Positions 1 through 14,296 of a stretch of 64,000 nucleotides of DNA are shown piece by piece. The notes under the pieces were generated by a model. It had not been told where the DNA came from, made no database searches, and was given only the letters and a program-made list of their open reading frames with translations. This DNA is from the human T2T-CHM13v2.0 reference genome, Homo sapiens. Where the stretch lies: the NCBI RefSeq assembly GCF_009914755.1, contig NC_060942.1; one strand, 5' to 3'. Numbering within the stretch: the first letter of the stretch is position 1; each line of letters opens with the position of its first letter. Position numbers and translations under genes: made by a program.

Positions 1-3000
1 TCCCCAAGGCAGAGAACCCTTTATTAATGACTACAAGTCAATTTGAGGAAAAGCAGGTAGAAGAGTCATGTTATAAACATTGGCAGTGGAGCAGAGTCCT
101 CCTTCAAGATGCCACAGCTTTCCCTTTACTTAGGAATCTTGGCATCTGTGAAGTGAAGTCTAAGAATTGTGAGAGTCCATGATTTCTATTGTAGTTACTC
201 AACTTCAACATTATGTGCTTTACTCTCTGGTCTAACACCTATAGTCCATTTCCACACCTAAACCACTATACGTTGACAAAATATTTTGATTCTTCTTGTA
301 TGAGTGGAACTTTGGCCCTAACAAGAAGTTAAATTTTATCTTATTCTCCCAGGTTTTATCAGGATTTGAGTGTGATTATGGGTTTGGAAGCAAAGAACGG
401 TGATGGGTGGGCCTTCAAGAGAATCATGATTCCTTTGCAAGGTCAATGCCTGAGTTGATATTTTTACAGGGTGGTCAGGCAGGAAAGGAAGCACCACAGC
501 TTCTTCTGGCAACAGAGGCCTGGCAGGTTTGGGGTGTTCAAGGTATTTGGATTCATTGAAATCTGCCCAAGTTTCTCCTCTATATTTCCAACGTGCCAGT
601 CTTTCTTGATTAATTCTGTATCTTTGATATAAGGGACTTAATAAGTCTGTACATTCATTTTGAATATAAATTTACCCACTCTCAGGATTATAATTTTAGT
701 TGATTTTTGGAAATATTTGCCCAATGGCTATGAGAAATATAAGACTCCTTCGACACAGTAACTGAAGTCATACTCTATAGTATTTAAAGCATTCCTTGAA
801 TAACTAATTTAAAACCGTGACATTGTCTTTCTTTTTCCAAGTTCTACATTATATTCAGAAATAGCCAACCCCACCCCACATTCCTGGTATTCTTTATTTC
901 TATCATAAAGTTCAGTTACTGCTATTGCTACTTTGCCTTCCAAAGTCTTGCCTTCTACAGCTACATAACTCCAGGAAATCAGAAGTGGTAATGTAAATAG
1001 CTGTTTTGCTGCTGCATGCCATGCGTGTACTATCAGTGACCCATTTTGAGCTGCTGTTGAAATTGTTAGTGCTTTCCACTATGATCACATCAAAGAATCA
1101 ATTTGTCACTTTCATCCCTAGCATTCTAATAGCCCCAAACCACCTACAGTTAAAAAACAAAAACAAACAAACAAACAAAAAACTATCTATGTTAAAGTTC
1201 GATTAAGCAATAGGAGTCACTCTATTTCAAGTATAAAGGACTTAAATCAGGAAATAGTAGCTTAACTACTGGAAGAACTTGGAAGCACAGGTTGGGGAAG
1301 TTGACACTAAAGATCTTACCTGAACTACCAAAGCAGAAAGTTTGGAGAGCTCTCTGGAACACTGTTTCTATTCTTAAAAATTCCTGAGAAGTTTGTATCT
1401 CTTTGTTGTCAGCAGTGAACCAAGTGATTCTCTAGGACTCACCAAGAAGTTACTGTGAGCCACTCTTCTGTTCATGAATCTGGCTGCAGTGACCTCCAAA
1501 GAATAGTGACTTCTCTTCCTTTTTCCTATTTCCAGATGACAGGCAAATGCCTCTCACTGACAGACTCAAACCTGACACCATATAGAGAAGAAGATTCTGA
1601 AAAAAGGAGTCTCTCACTTCCCCTTTACAATGCAGAAGACACCAAAGATGAAAGTAGTAATATCAAATTTGCTAAGGACACTCCAACAAAATGATCTAGC
1701 ACTTTTATGTGAAAGACCCTTAAACCATGAATTAGAAAATGGATACTGTATCCTATAGTTTCCACTGACTTTGTTTCATCTGCCTAAACCTTACCCAGGC
1801 ACTCCCATTGAAAGTGGGAATTTTTCTTGGCCACTCACCCTGAGAAACACTGAAAAAGAGAGACACTGTGGGGGGGCAAAAAAAAATTTATTCAGTCATC
1901 CCAGGTGTGGTGATGATGATAGTATTTCAATGAATCTTCATTGTTCAGTTCAAAATGGAAAGGCATCCAGAGGCTTAAAACAGGAGCTAATATTTGGAAC
2001 ACGGTTAAGTCACATGAGCACCTACATTCAATTCAACTAGACTCAAGAGCATTTTCTGTTTATAAAAAGTTCACCTGGCATGGGATAGAAGTAAAAAGAT
2101 TAGATTTTCAGCCAACGTATTGCCAAGAATTACAATGAAATCAATTTTCTTTTTTCATAATTTCATACCTCCTAATCCATCTGACGTTAAGATGTCCGTT
2201 AATTCTTCTTCCTGAGAGAATATTTATCAGAGCATGTAAATAAACCAGAGAAGATTTTCACTTTAGAAATAGCAGAAGGTAAGAGGACTAAGGGGGAGAC
2301 TGTTCACTTTCTAGAAAATATTTTGCTCGGTGTATACATATAACCTATTCAAGATAACATAAAATAAATATGAGCAGCAGAAGACACTTAGATTTGGGCT
2401 TACCAAAAGTTTTCCTTGTCTGCAACAACTCCAATCAGTCAGTAGTGGCTGAGAGAGCTGTGTTGAGGGGCCCAATGCTAAGACCTAGCTCAGGTTGGGG
2501 TGGGGAGGTGAGGGGAAGAATGCTGTGATCACCATAAGCAAAAGAGCAAAGGTGATGGCACTGTGCACTTGACATCTTTTCATTCATGTCATGTAAACCT
2601 TGGCAACCAATAAGTCTAGCATATCTTACTAAATTCAGCCATACATTATTTCCTAAATTATTATTTTTGTGTCACTTTCAAAAACCACCAAACAGGAAAG
2701 CAGGCCAAGTATTATTCTTCACGTTTTACAAAGGTGAACTCAGAAACTTAGAAATCTCAGATGGCTTGTTGAAATGATCTCACCCAGTAAGCTGGAAGTG
2801 GCAGAAGCCACACCAGAACACACCTCTCTGAGTCACACATCCGAGGGTTTTTCTCACAGTTCATGTAGTTTGAGAATAATTGGCATACCTCTTACGAGAA
2901 GCAGAGGGGAGGAATGACAGTGACTTTGAAAGTATTATAACCAGCTTCTCTACAAGCTAAGATCTGATTTAAAAAAAAAATTCTGTTTAGCATTAAGGAG

Positions 3001-3766
3001 AAAACGCTAGGGTAACATTTAACCATTCCTATGTCTGCCCTTTAAGGCCAACACATTGTTTCACGGGGACACATGTAACTGATGGCTGAATGTTTAACTT
3101 TGTGACTAAGAGCCTCAGCTAGCTGAGGAGAAGGGATTAATAGAGTGAAAGAGAAATAACAATGCTGACCTAATTCACAGGGATATAATTACCCAATTCA
3201 CCATTGTAAAGTACTTTGAAAACAAGTGTGTTATAAATGCTAACTAACATTATTACCAAAACTAATTCTGTGTTACTATCTCATATCAAGGTTCCCAGAG
3301 TATTCCTTGGACATGCCCTGCCCTGCCTGCCCACTCCTGCGAGGTAGCATGTAAAAACTCTGACCAGCCGTGACACCTATTTTTCCCACACCTACTCCTC
3401 CTGTTCTTCTTGATTCACTTTTTCATCTTTCTTTATGGCTTCACTTCACTTCATACACAATCATGAAAGAATCTTTGCTTCAGTGATTGGCATTCCACAA
3501 AATGCCATTAAGCCAGAACCAGTTTTCCTCTTGCTTTACGGTCAGCTTTCCCTAGTGGTCATCCTATGTGAGCACAGTAGCCACTTCATATGCCAATAGG
3601 TGTTCAAAAAATGCCAATAAATGCATTGCGCCTCATAATTGTCCAGCCCTTTTATTTCTACAAGGCACTCTTCAAGCCCTTCTCTCATAAAAACTGTACA
3701 AGAAAGACCAGACAGGGATGGTCACTATGGACAGTTGAGTCAACTGATGCAATAAGAAGTTAAGTG

Positions 3767-4075
3767 GGCCAGGTGTGGTGACTCGCACCTGAATCTCAGC
3801 ACTTTGGGAGGCCAAGCAGGGGGGTGGGGGGGGGTGGATCACAAGGTCAGGTGTTTGAGACCAGACTGGCCAACATAGTGAAACCCCATCTCTACTAAAA
3901 ATACAAAAATTAACCAGGTGTGGTGGCACACACCTGTAGTCCCAGCTACTCGGGAGGCTGAGGCAGGAGAATCTCTTGACCCAGGTGGTAGAGGTTGCAG
4001 TGAGCCGAGATTGTGCCATTGCACTCCAGCCTGGACAACAGAATGAGATTCTCAAAAACAAACAAACAAACAAAC
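3767..4075 (+). mobile_element. Alu (AluS-type), full length
   Basis: Dimeric Alu with (AAAC)n tail; TSD AAGTTAAGTG at 3757-3766 and 4076-4085. Confidence 0.97.
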
Positions 4076-7000
4076 AAGTTAAGTGACTCAGTTCCCATTA
4101 AAATGAGCAAGGAGATTGAAATATTCAACTTCACAAGTACAGCAGGTTAGCACAGTGTCTGATATGTCATAGGCTCTGAATAATACCTGCTGCATGAGTA
4201 AGTGAATGAGTGAACAAAATAATGAAGTAATGAAAGCATGTGTTGAAATTCAGTGCTGTGTGTTTTCCACTTAGCCACACTGATACCATTTTCTGTGTCA
4301 GAAAAAAATTCTAACCTGGTAAAATACTGCCCAGAGAAACAGTGCCAGGGTGAGGTGAGTCCTGCATCCACTTTTCCAGTAATCTTCTAAGACGGGTAGA
4401 GAAGATGCCAACAGAAAGCCCTGTTCCCGTGGAGTCCTTCATGGAAGAAGAATGGGATTAGACACTGACTGTTACTATCAAAGAGCATTTCTTGAGGGCC
4501 AATTATCATAACAGCTTACATTTGCAACTGCTTTGCCATTTGAAAAGCACTTTCCCATTCATTAGTCCATTTGATCCTTCTAATAATGCTGTGGAGAATG
4601 TGTCCTCATTATCCCACATTTTATCGATGAGGAAAATGAGCTAAAGGGAGGTAGGTAACTTGCTCAGGGTTTTATATCTCTCATAAACAGCAGATAAGTT
4701 CTGCAAACAAAACCTACCAGCTTCAAAATTAGTGTTCCTTCTGTTGCATTGTGTTGTCTTCCAAAACTCAGAAACTTGTCTCTAGGACCGTTTCCAGAGA
4801 AAAGTCAAATTCTCCATCACCACTGCCTACGCCTTCTGAGCCCATGCCCTACCACCCAAGCTTCCCCAGGCTCCTGACCAGGGGCTCAATGGAGTTGTCA
4901 GCTGGTCATATGCAATGTATAAACTTGATCACATTCACTTCCAAAGAAAGTGTCTGTGATTAAGAGCTCATCTAGTAGAGTCCTTTCTCTTTAATAATCC
5001 ATTTTTAGATGACAATATGTCCAGATTTTACCTTCCAAAAGCCTATTGTCTGCCTAAATGCAAACAAATGACTAATGGAGAAATTTAGAGAATTTAGCAG
5101 GGAAAGCATTTTCGCTGCACGGAGGCCAGATTAAGACACAGTAGACTCCTATTTGTGAATTACTAACATAAGCATTGAATTTTCCAGGTGCTTTCAATAA
5201 GGATTTGTTCATTCACTCTTTCCTACAATGAGTGCTTCCTTCTACTTACAGGCTTGCAAAATGCTGCAATGTGATAATGAATAAGAATGAATGACTTCTA
5301 AAATTATTCAGTAAGTCCTGAATTCCTGCTTTCAGTAACTTCAACTATTTCATATGGCTTTTACCTGAAACAAGGTAGGCTTCGCCCTTCCCACTGCAGG
5401 TAAGAAAGAAGATTTGGAGCAACATTAATGCATGTTTCTTTGAAAGTGGTTACTTCATCTACTGGAGAACACCCTGGTTTTAAACTTTGCCAATATCTCT
5501 TTTTTGTTTGTTTGTGTTGTTCTGGTCTGTTGTGCTTTATGTATAGAGAAATACTTACTGATTTAAAAGGACCAATAAGTCTTTTTATTTGTAACTCAAA
5601 GTAACTCAGACAACCGCTAAATATCAGATTGAAGGTGTTAGATCCTCCCTCCCACCCTACTCTCAAGCTTACTGTCCATTTAGTCCATTTAGAGAGGAAG
5701 TTATATAGGGGTTAGGGGAGTAGAAATAACTCAGGTTTGAAAATCATCACTAAAAAAAGAGATTAGAGAGTGGCTTCTAGCACATGGAAATTACTGATAG
5801 CAAAGCTCGTCACATTTTTGCTGGAAAGAAAACTGTGACTACTTAAGAGTTAGTACAACCTTTGACCCACCAAATGTGCACCAGTAGAAAAGAAGCAACA
5901 AATGCTGAGTAGTCTTCTAGTAAGGCAAATTATCTCACACCTGCTTTAGCTGTGGCCGTAGAGAAAATGTTCAAAGAGGAGCCACCAAAAACAGCACACA
6001 CAGGAATTTCTTCCAGAGGCATATTCAGGGTCTCATTCAGAACTTCCCAATTCCTGGTACAAGGATTCTTCATAAGGACTGCCGAGAGGGATTCCACAAC
6101 TGCGGGAGAACTTTGTAGATGGGAGTTTTTATAGCTGTTATCCTGTCCCTGCTTTGTAAAGTATAGCGGGGGAGTGAGATGTGGGGCAGAGAAGTGTGGG
6201 GGACAGAGGTGGGAGGACAGAAAACTTATCCTTGAGTTTGTCGGTCACCAGACCAGAAGGAGTCGAATGGAGTCCTCATGAAGAGAACTTGCATCACCTG
6301 GAAATCCTGAACACTGGCCTGGATGCACTGAATAGATGTATCTTTAGATTTGTCTTCCATGGAATGGGAATGGGAATGGGGACAAGTGTTCTATGGAGGA
6401 GTGCATGGTTATTTGATGCCCCAAGTGCAAACCCATTCAGAGACTGCTGCATGCTCACTATTACAATTTCGGTTTCTTTTTGTGTACATAGGGAGACTGT
6501 ACTGTCCAGCCATCTTTGGAATTACATAGCGTCATGTTCTGAGTTCTGGCCACTGGAAGAGAATATGTGCACCACAGCCTGGACTGGCCCATTTCATATC
6601 TCTTCTCCCCATTGAACATACAGAAGAGAAGGATTTTAAAACACAAAGAGTGGCAAAAACTACAAGATGAAAGGAGTTTGGATCCTGAAAACATGAGGTG
6701 GAAGACAGGCTACTGAACACTGGTGAGATGAAATGGACTTCTATTGAATTAAGTCATTAAGATTTTAAGATGTCACTGTTTTGGAAGTTTGTTTCACCTA
6801 ATAAAACTATGTTTTGAATCCTAGGGGAAGGACTTAAACCTTATTTCTCTCTGTGATTCTTGCAGCTCCCAGCACAGCTCCTGACTCATCTTGCAGAGTG
6901 TAGAAGATAAAAAAAAAAAAAATTTTCAATAAAAAAGCAAACCAATGAATTCAGACCAGGCCTGCACAGCTATATCAAAATGTGGAAGGATAGAATTTGA

Positions 7001-8914
7001 ATTCCCCTGATTAAATGAAATAGGGAGGATCCCTACTTGTTTCATGGGCTAAAGAAGGCTATTGCTCACTTCATAGAGACCTTATGAGAACTGAATTATA
7101 TAACACATACAAAATATTTAGCAAAATGCTTAACACAAAATAAGCATTTAATAGTTGGTGGGTTGTTTCATTGTTAACTGTTAATGCTACACAAAATGGC
7201 TTTAGTGGCTACAACAAACCATGTCTCTGAGAACAGAGAGGAAGTAGCTTTCTCAAAAGCACAATCTGCGTCTGATTCATGGTCTATGCCTCAAATGCTC
7301 AAGCACAGTCTTACACACATAGTGGTAGGGAGGAGTGAATTGCATTCTGTGGAAAGTGTGGAAGGATAGGGAAGAGGAAAACTTATTTGAATAATATTAA
7401 GAAAAAAACAGAAGTAAAAATGTAGATAATGCCAGTAATTAATTCCATTGAGATGTATTATTTCTGACAGATATAGTGTTTGTGGTTTTGAATCTATGTT
7501 GAGAGAATGTTTATTCTCATACATACACATTCACTTTTTATTCATTGTCATAAACTTGGCATACAACGGCGAAATGTTATAATATTCCCTAAATGGAATC
7601 TACTTAGGAGCCAAGATATAATAAAATGCATGAAATGACTTTTGTACAAACACCAAATTATTTCAGGACAGTCCTAAGTAGAAATCCACTGATCACTTTC
7701 TACTTGCGTATAGTAGGAAGACATGGAGCACAATAGAAGACTTCCTTCAGGCATTTAGCTGTAGTTAAGTAACAAGTATAGAAATATTTATTTTTTTACA
7801 GTGTTTTTATGTGATTTATGTTAAAAGCATAATCCAGTTATAAAATGTAGAGAAAGAAACAAATCATACTAGCAATCTCTTGCAAATTCAGCCTCATACC
7901 TTCAGACTAAAACTAAAATGTAACACAACATATTTGAAAATGGATCTTGGCACCAATGCTATGTATTCTTAGATGTGCATTCATTACCTATGGAATGAGA
8001 TGGGATGCAATGAGACGAGATGCAATGGAACAGATCCAAATAGAAGTACATGTCACCAAATGGGATTAAATGCCACTGGTTTACACAGAAATTTCAGCTC
8101 TGCAATTCCCTTCCATGAGGCACACTGGGGACTTCCAACCCCAAACTCATTTTCCTCTCCTGGATGAATGAGTGACCTCTGGTGCCTTTGGGTGCTGAGG
8201 ATGGATTGCCCAGGCAAGTTTCCAAACACTTCACATTATTTGAGGGGAAGATGCTATCGCTTCTCAGTGGAAGCCTGTTATTAGTGCAGGTGAATCACGG
8301 GAGGAGAGAGTTGTGGGTGGATCCTGTATTTCATAAGCAACAACAGCAGTAAGGCAGGGTGGAGGTTGGGGCAGGGATCCAGGACCAGCAAAACTGGGGA
8401 AGGTGCTGATGGAAGGATGATTCGGTTTTGGCTTATGGGAGGGTGTGTTGTCAAGAAGTCTGGGCTACAAGGCTAAGTGCCAGCATGGCAGGTTCTTTCC
8501 CTTGGCCTGACAAGGAGACAAGCACAGATTCAATCAGAACTTGCTCCAAGAATGTACTGAGAACATTGGTCCTACCCTCTGGGAACTGATCCTCAAGGTC
8601 AGGTTATCTTGCCTGGAGCTCCAGTCCTCCTATATTTCAGATCATAGACTGTCCTAGGAGCAGACAACCTGGAGACATTGGTATCTGATTAACCAGGTGA
8701 ATACTGGCAGATACTACACACCTAGGCAACCCAAAGGATGCATTTCAGGATGTCAGCTGCAAAGCAGCCAGGAGGACTCAGCAGAATAGTCACAGTCATG
8801 GAGGGTTAGGAAAAGGAGCTCTATTGAGCAGAAAACACCAAAGAAGGAGTATGACTTGGGGAAATGTTCTCTTCCTTGTTCTATACTTCCTTTGGAAGCT
8901 GAGCACACCTTTGA

Positions 8915-9560
8915 TCATTCATTCATTTGTCATTCAACATTAATTAAGTGCTGGTTAGGTGTCTGCAATACTCTGGACACGGGGGAAATAATAAAATAAT
9001 AATAAAACAAAAAATACACAGCTCTGTCCTAGCAGAGCTTACAGTCTACTGTTGGTGGGAAAACAGAAATAAAATACTGAAACGTAAAGAAAAAGATATG
9101 ATTTGTCAGAAGATGATTAGCTCAATAGAAAAAAAATAAGAGACAAGGCAGTAGAGTCAGAGAATTGCTATTTTACAAAAGGTAGTCAGGAAAAGCTGCT
9201 CTGAGAAAGGAACATCTGGGCAGAAATCAGAAGGAAGTGAGATATAGGTGACGGCATAGCTGGATAGAGAAGACTTCCAGGCAGAAGAAGCTGACACTAA
9301 GGGCCTGGGTGCAGGCATCCTTAGCAGAGCAAAGAGACTGCAGTGAGGCCAGAAAGGAGAATTGTGAGAGACTGGGCTATGGGGGCTGGATCACGTATTG
9401 CCTAATGGACTATATCTGCTTGTTGGTTTGTTTGTTTGATTGATTGTTTGCTTGTTTGTGTTGGTGAGTAATATGAAAAGGTTTTGAGCAAAGGTGTGGC
9501 ATGATATGATTTCCATTTTTAAATAAGCACTCTGGTGATGTGCTGAGAATATGCTCTAAG
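8915..9560 (-). mobile_element. L2 LINE 3' fragment (continues at ~9950-10015 and ~10486-10560)
   Basis: (CATT)n tail, GAGCTTACAGTCTA and GGTTTTGAGCA motifs typical of antisense L2. Confidence 0.75.
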
Positions 9561-9564
9561 GGTG

Positions 9565-9949
9565 GGTTGTAGGCTGTTTGTAATACCTGAGGCTGGGTAA
9601 CTTATAAGGAAGACAGGTTTATTTGGCTCGCGGTTTTGCAAGCTGTACAAAAACCATGGTGCCAGCATCTGCTTCTGATGAGGGCCTCAAGAAGCTTTCA
9701 CTCATGGCAGAAAGCCAAGGGAAGCCAGCATCACACGGTGAGAGAGGGGAGGGAGGGTCCAGGCTCTTTTCAACAACCAGCTCTCATGGGAACTAATACA
9801 GTGAGAACTGGGTCATTACCATGAAGATGGCACCAAGCTGTTCATGAGAGATCTGCCCTCATGAACATCTCCCACTAGGCCCCCACTTCAACTTTAGGGG
9901 TCAAATTTCAACAGGAGATTTGGAGGAGACAAGCACCCAAACTATATCA
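9565..9949 (-). mobile_element. MaLR solo LTR (MSTB-like)
   Basis: TACCTGAGGCTGGGTAA...CCAGCATCTGCTTCTGATGAGGGCCTCA...CCAAACTATATCA resembles the MST consensus. Confidence 0.88.
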
Positions 9950-10019
9950 AACTGTCAGGGTGGACACAGGTAAGCCTGTTAAGGTGTCGTGACAGAAACC
10001 CAGGGGTGGCAAGCATACC

Positions 10020-10485
10020 ATGCAGTTGATGCTCTGTGTCACCTCCCAGGACCCCCACAGCAGTGCGGCTGCAGCCCCAAAGTATGACCCTCCACCAGCC
10101 TCCCGTCTCAAGCATGCTCAGTTCTGTGCTTCTCTGCCTGAGGAGTTTCCTCCAGAACTAGGGCGGTCTGTTCAGGCCACACACAGGGCAGTTTAAAATT
10201 ACCAGCTACCAAAAATTTAACACCCTGGGGCAACCTTCTACCAGGGAGAGCTGAGACTTGATGGATAAATGCCTCTTCCCGTCCTTCAGTGGAACTGTTC
10301 TCAGGTTCATTCACACGGACCACGGTGGGGCTGAGCCCCAGCTGCACACAGCTCATTAATATACCTTACCGCCTTTTCTCCCTTTCTGGATTTCCTGCTT
10401 CCTGGGATGACCTTCCAAACCAATTACTGGCCCTTCACTTCTTACCTCGAAGTCTGTTTTCAAGGAGATCTAAGCGATGATGACA
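10020..10485. mobile_element. ERVL solo LTR (LTR16-like)
   Basis: CCTGGGATGACCTTCCAAAC...GTCTGTTTTCAAGGAGATCTAAG...GACA terminus resembles the LTR16 family. Confidence 0.6.
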
Positions 10486-10569
10486 GGTGAAAGGTCACAG
10501 GGGCTTGAACAAGGGTGATAGCCCAGATGAAAAGTTGTCAAGTTATTTTGAAGCTGAATAAATAATACC

Positions 10570-12240
10570 CATGAACTGTAGAAACATAAAAAACAAAAGA
10601 GGAAAAGAATTATCTGTAATTCTACATTTAGAGGTAGACACTGTTAGCCTATTGATATATAGTTTTTTCCTGGATGTTGATACTAGTTGGGTATGTTTTT
10701 ACATGTGCATTTATATAATTTTTATGTTAAAAGAATCATATTAAGCATACTATATTGTAGGTGATTTTCAGTTAATATATTATAAACATCTTATTTTTTA
10801 ATAAACTCAGTAAATATACATCTAAATTCAAATTCTCAAAGGTTCACTCTACTTAGCATATTCTACTCCACATAGCATAAATTTTAAACTAATTCCCCAC
10901 TGTTGAATATTTAGTTTATTTCCAATTTCTCAATACTATTAACAACACTTCAATGAACACCCTTGTACAAACATCTTTGAACACTTGTCTGATTATTTCT
11001 TTAGGATAAATTCATAAAATGAGACTTCTCTGTCAAAGCATATTTACAATTTTAAGTACTTTACATATTGCCAAACACTCTGCCACAAGCTTTTACTAAT
11101 TTACATTCCTATGAGAGTGCGTGTTTCCCCTTAATCATGAGCAGCACTTTAATATTCTTTTGAAGAGAGAGAGAGAAAGGGAGAGGGAAGGAGGAATTCT
11201 GGAGCCTACCACAATCCTTCTATATTTCTATTAGACTTAATTATTTGATTTTAATTTAATTTGATGTTTAATTTTTAGAACTAGCTGGTTTATTAGCATT
11301 TAATTAATTGAATAATTTCATGCTTATTAATGAAGATTCTAATAGATAAACTACTTTTTTAAAGAATATCTTTTTTTCTTATAAAATGAAATGGAAAAAT
11401 ATTACCAGAAATTGTGTGTCATCTCCTTGGAATCCATATTCCTGGTTCCCCACTTCCTAATATAAAAGAAATAATATATTTCTCATGGGCACGAGGTAAA
11501 CCAGGGTGGTTCCCGTTATTTTGCACAACAGTTTTGCAGGAAAGTATACTATGAAGTCCCACAAAAACAACATGCAAACGCTTATCTCAAAAATATCAGA
11601 CATTATTTTTATTTTTGCCAATTCACTTGAGAAAAAAAATGCCTAGTATTTCATGGTATTTTAATTCACATTTCTGTAATTACTAATGAATGTAAAATAT
11701 ATAAAATATATATGTATGTAGATATATATCTATACAATGTGTGTGTATACACATACACACTTTATTTTACTGTTTTTATCCTTTGCTCTATCGTTTTTAT
11801 TGGAGTACCTGTCTCTTTTCTTATTGACTTGAGAGAACTTTTCCATAAGGTTATTAACCCTTTTGTAATGGGAAAAAAAGAAAAATAAGCATAATATTCT
11901 AAAAATTATGAAACCAAATAAAATAGCTGTTTTGCAAATATTTATCCCAGATTATCGTTTTCTTAATTTCCTTTACTACACACAATTTTAATGACTTATG
12001 GTTAAAGTGATTATCTTTCTAATGCCTAAAGGAACCTAACTTTGGTGTTTATATTGAGAAGGGACTTCTGTACTCTGAATGTTCTTCTGGTTGGCTTATT
12101 GATTTACTTTTTGGTATTTGAATTTCTCATCTGTTTGAAATTTGTTTTCATATACAATCTAATGTTCGGAGTTTTATTGGTATGTATTTTCCTAAATTGA
12201 TAGTACCTATTCAATACCATGTACTGAATATTGACAACAG
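10570..12240 (-). mobile_element. Old L1M (L1ME-like) fragments
   Basis: T-rich degenerate L1 3' sequence, e.g. GTTTATTTCCAATTT, TTAGGATAAATTC, ACTAATTTACATTCC. Confidence 0.65.
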
Positions 12241-14046
12241 TAATAATATCTCACCTTTTTAAAAGCATTTACTATGTGCCAAGACATTGTTCTAAATGCA
12301 TTTATGCAAATTATCTGATTCCTGGATTCCAAAGGCTACCTTTACCATGGAGTAAATTATTTGATGTCTTGGGTCTATTTCTACTCCTGAATTTGATCTC
12401 TAAAGCAGGTGTTTCACCAGCAGCTCGAAAAGGCTTCCATCCTCTGAGCTCAATGGGGTGAGAGATCTATGTGGGAAGGAGGCAGTTTAAAACCCTTTGA
12501 GGCTAGTTTTCTCACTCTACTGTATATCTTTTATGTGTGTTCATAATTGACAAGGTGGCATGTTTAATTTGTTTTACTTTGGTTACTTTTTTTCTCCCTA
12601 TAAAAGTGATACATATTTCCAAGGAAGACAAACAAAACCTTGAAAGCTAGAGGACAGCTATAATTCCACCACTTTTAAATTTTTGGAGGATCTTCATTAC
12701 CTTTATTTCCTGGCATACTTAATGGGGCAAGAGGACTGTTTTTCACACTTGTAATTATACCATATGTGGAATTTTAATTTTTTGTAAAACATTCTAATAT
12801 TATAATGCTGATATTTTTCAAAGTTAGCATGAAAGCTTTAAGATGAATACCATTCTTCTGATGGAGGTACTATAATTATTATTCTAATGGACATATTGAT
12901 TATTACATTTTTGTGGCTATGTAATGCTGGAGAACATCTTTATGCATAAAGTTTTTCTGTATTTAAAATTATCTCCTTAGCATATGTTTTCTGAAGTGGA
13001 TATGTAGGGCCAAAATCATGGCTATCTGAAGGATACATGCTATAAAGTTGTTCTCCAAAATATTATACAAATGTACACTGTCTCCAACAATGAGTGATCT
13101 TGCATCACAAAGTTATGTCAATATTACATATGCTCATTTTTGCCTCAAATTATATCACGTGGGTTTTATTCCCCAGCTAGACTAGTTATAGGCTCTCTGG
13201 TCTTTGGTCACAAATCCCACCTCTGATTTCAGCCATTTATTTCACAAATTCAAAGAATCTATTCTAGCTATATAAAAGACAAATTCCTGGTGTGCAGCTG
13301 AAAGGAAAAGCCTGTCTCCATAAACACAATGGCTTCCAGCACAGGTCCGAGGGTGACTGGCACTAGAGGTCAGGTCAAGCTAGCATGGCTCCACGGTAGA
13401 GGACTCATATGCTGTTGGGTCTTGGCAGCCATATTTGGAAAAGATTCCCTTCTAGAATTTAAGGAATAAGACTGGGAAAGGCAAGGCAAGGTACAAAGCT
13501 GGGCTGCATTTCATGGAAAAGGATTATTTCTAGAAAGAAAACCAAAATCCTGGACAGGATAGCAGTACAGCACTCACAAAAACATGAAAATGGTGTAGAG
13601 CCAACAGGGAAGAATAGCAAGCTAACAGTGCCATGCTGGAACTGGGTGGCAGGGCACTGCTCCTGAGTCTTCTGGCAACAAAGACTCTTACACTGGGTTC
13701 TGAGGGGACTTGATTTGAAATTCCATGTCAGTGCCATTAAGATACTTCATCTTTCCACCATATTTGCTTTGGGAGTGTACATGGGGCTGAGCCTACAGAT
13801 GGGAATGTGAAAGTGAGCCCAGCTCTAAAAAACTAGGAGAGGCCGCTTTAGAGGAAAAAAAGGCAAGAGATTGCAGAACAGGGCCTGTTTTTGACTGAAT
13901 ATGAAACATTACACTCAAAATGCCCCCTAACAAGCTTTTACAAACTGGAAAGAATCCTCATTAGAGAATCTGAGCCAGATCCCCACCAACTACTCCAGGG
14001 GCCTTGGACACATTGCTTAAGAACTCTGACAAATTTCTTTTCCACT

Positions 14047-14296
14047 GGTGCAATCAGCTCACTGCAACCCTGAACTCTTGGGCTCAAGCAATTCTCCTCC
14101 TTCCTCAGCCTCCCAAGTAGCTGGAATTACAGGCATGTGCCATCAGGCTTGGCTATTTTTTTTTAATTTATTTTTGTAGAGATAGGGTCTTTGTATGTTG
14201 CCCAGGCTGTTCTCAAATTCCTGGCTTCAAGTGATCCTCCTGCTTCAGCCTCCTGAAAAAGCTGGGATTATAGATGTGAGCTATTGTGCCCTGCCT
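14047..14296 (-). mobile_element. Alu (AluJ-like), lacking 3' end/tail
   Basis: GGGCTCAAGCAATTCTCC and GTAGAGATAGGGTCT are J-type features; AATTTCTT occurs on both flanks. Confidence 0.92.

Noticed and set aside
3672-4134. Alu-derived ORFs (also 14854, 26687, 40942, 49847, 53572, 59300)
   Set aside because: Standard Alu translations, not genes.
7990-8075. GGAAT/GAATG-like pentamers suggesting satellite II/III (also (GGAATG)3 at 6361)
   Set aside because: Too short and degenerate; a simple repeat.
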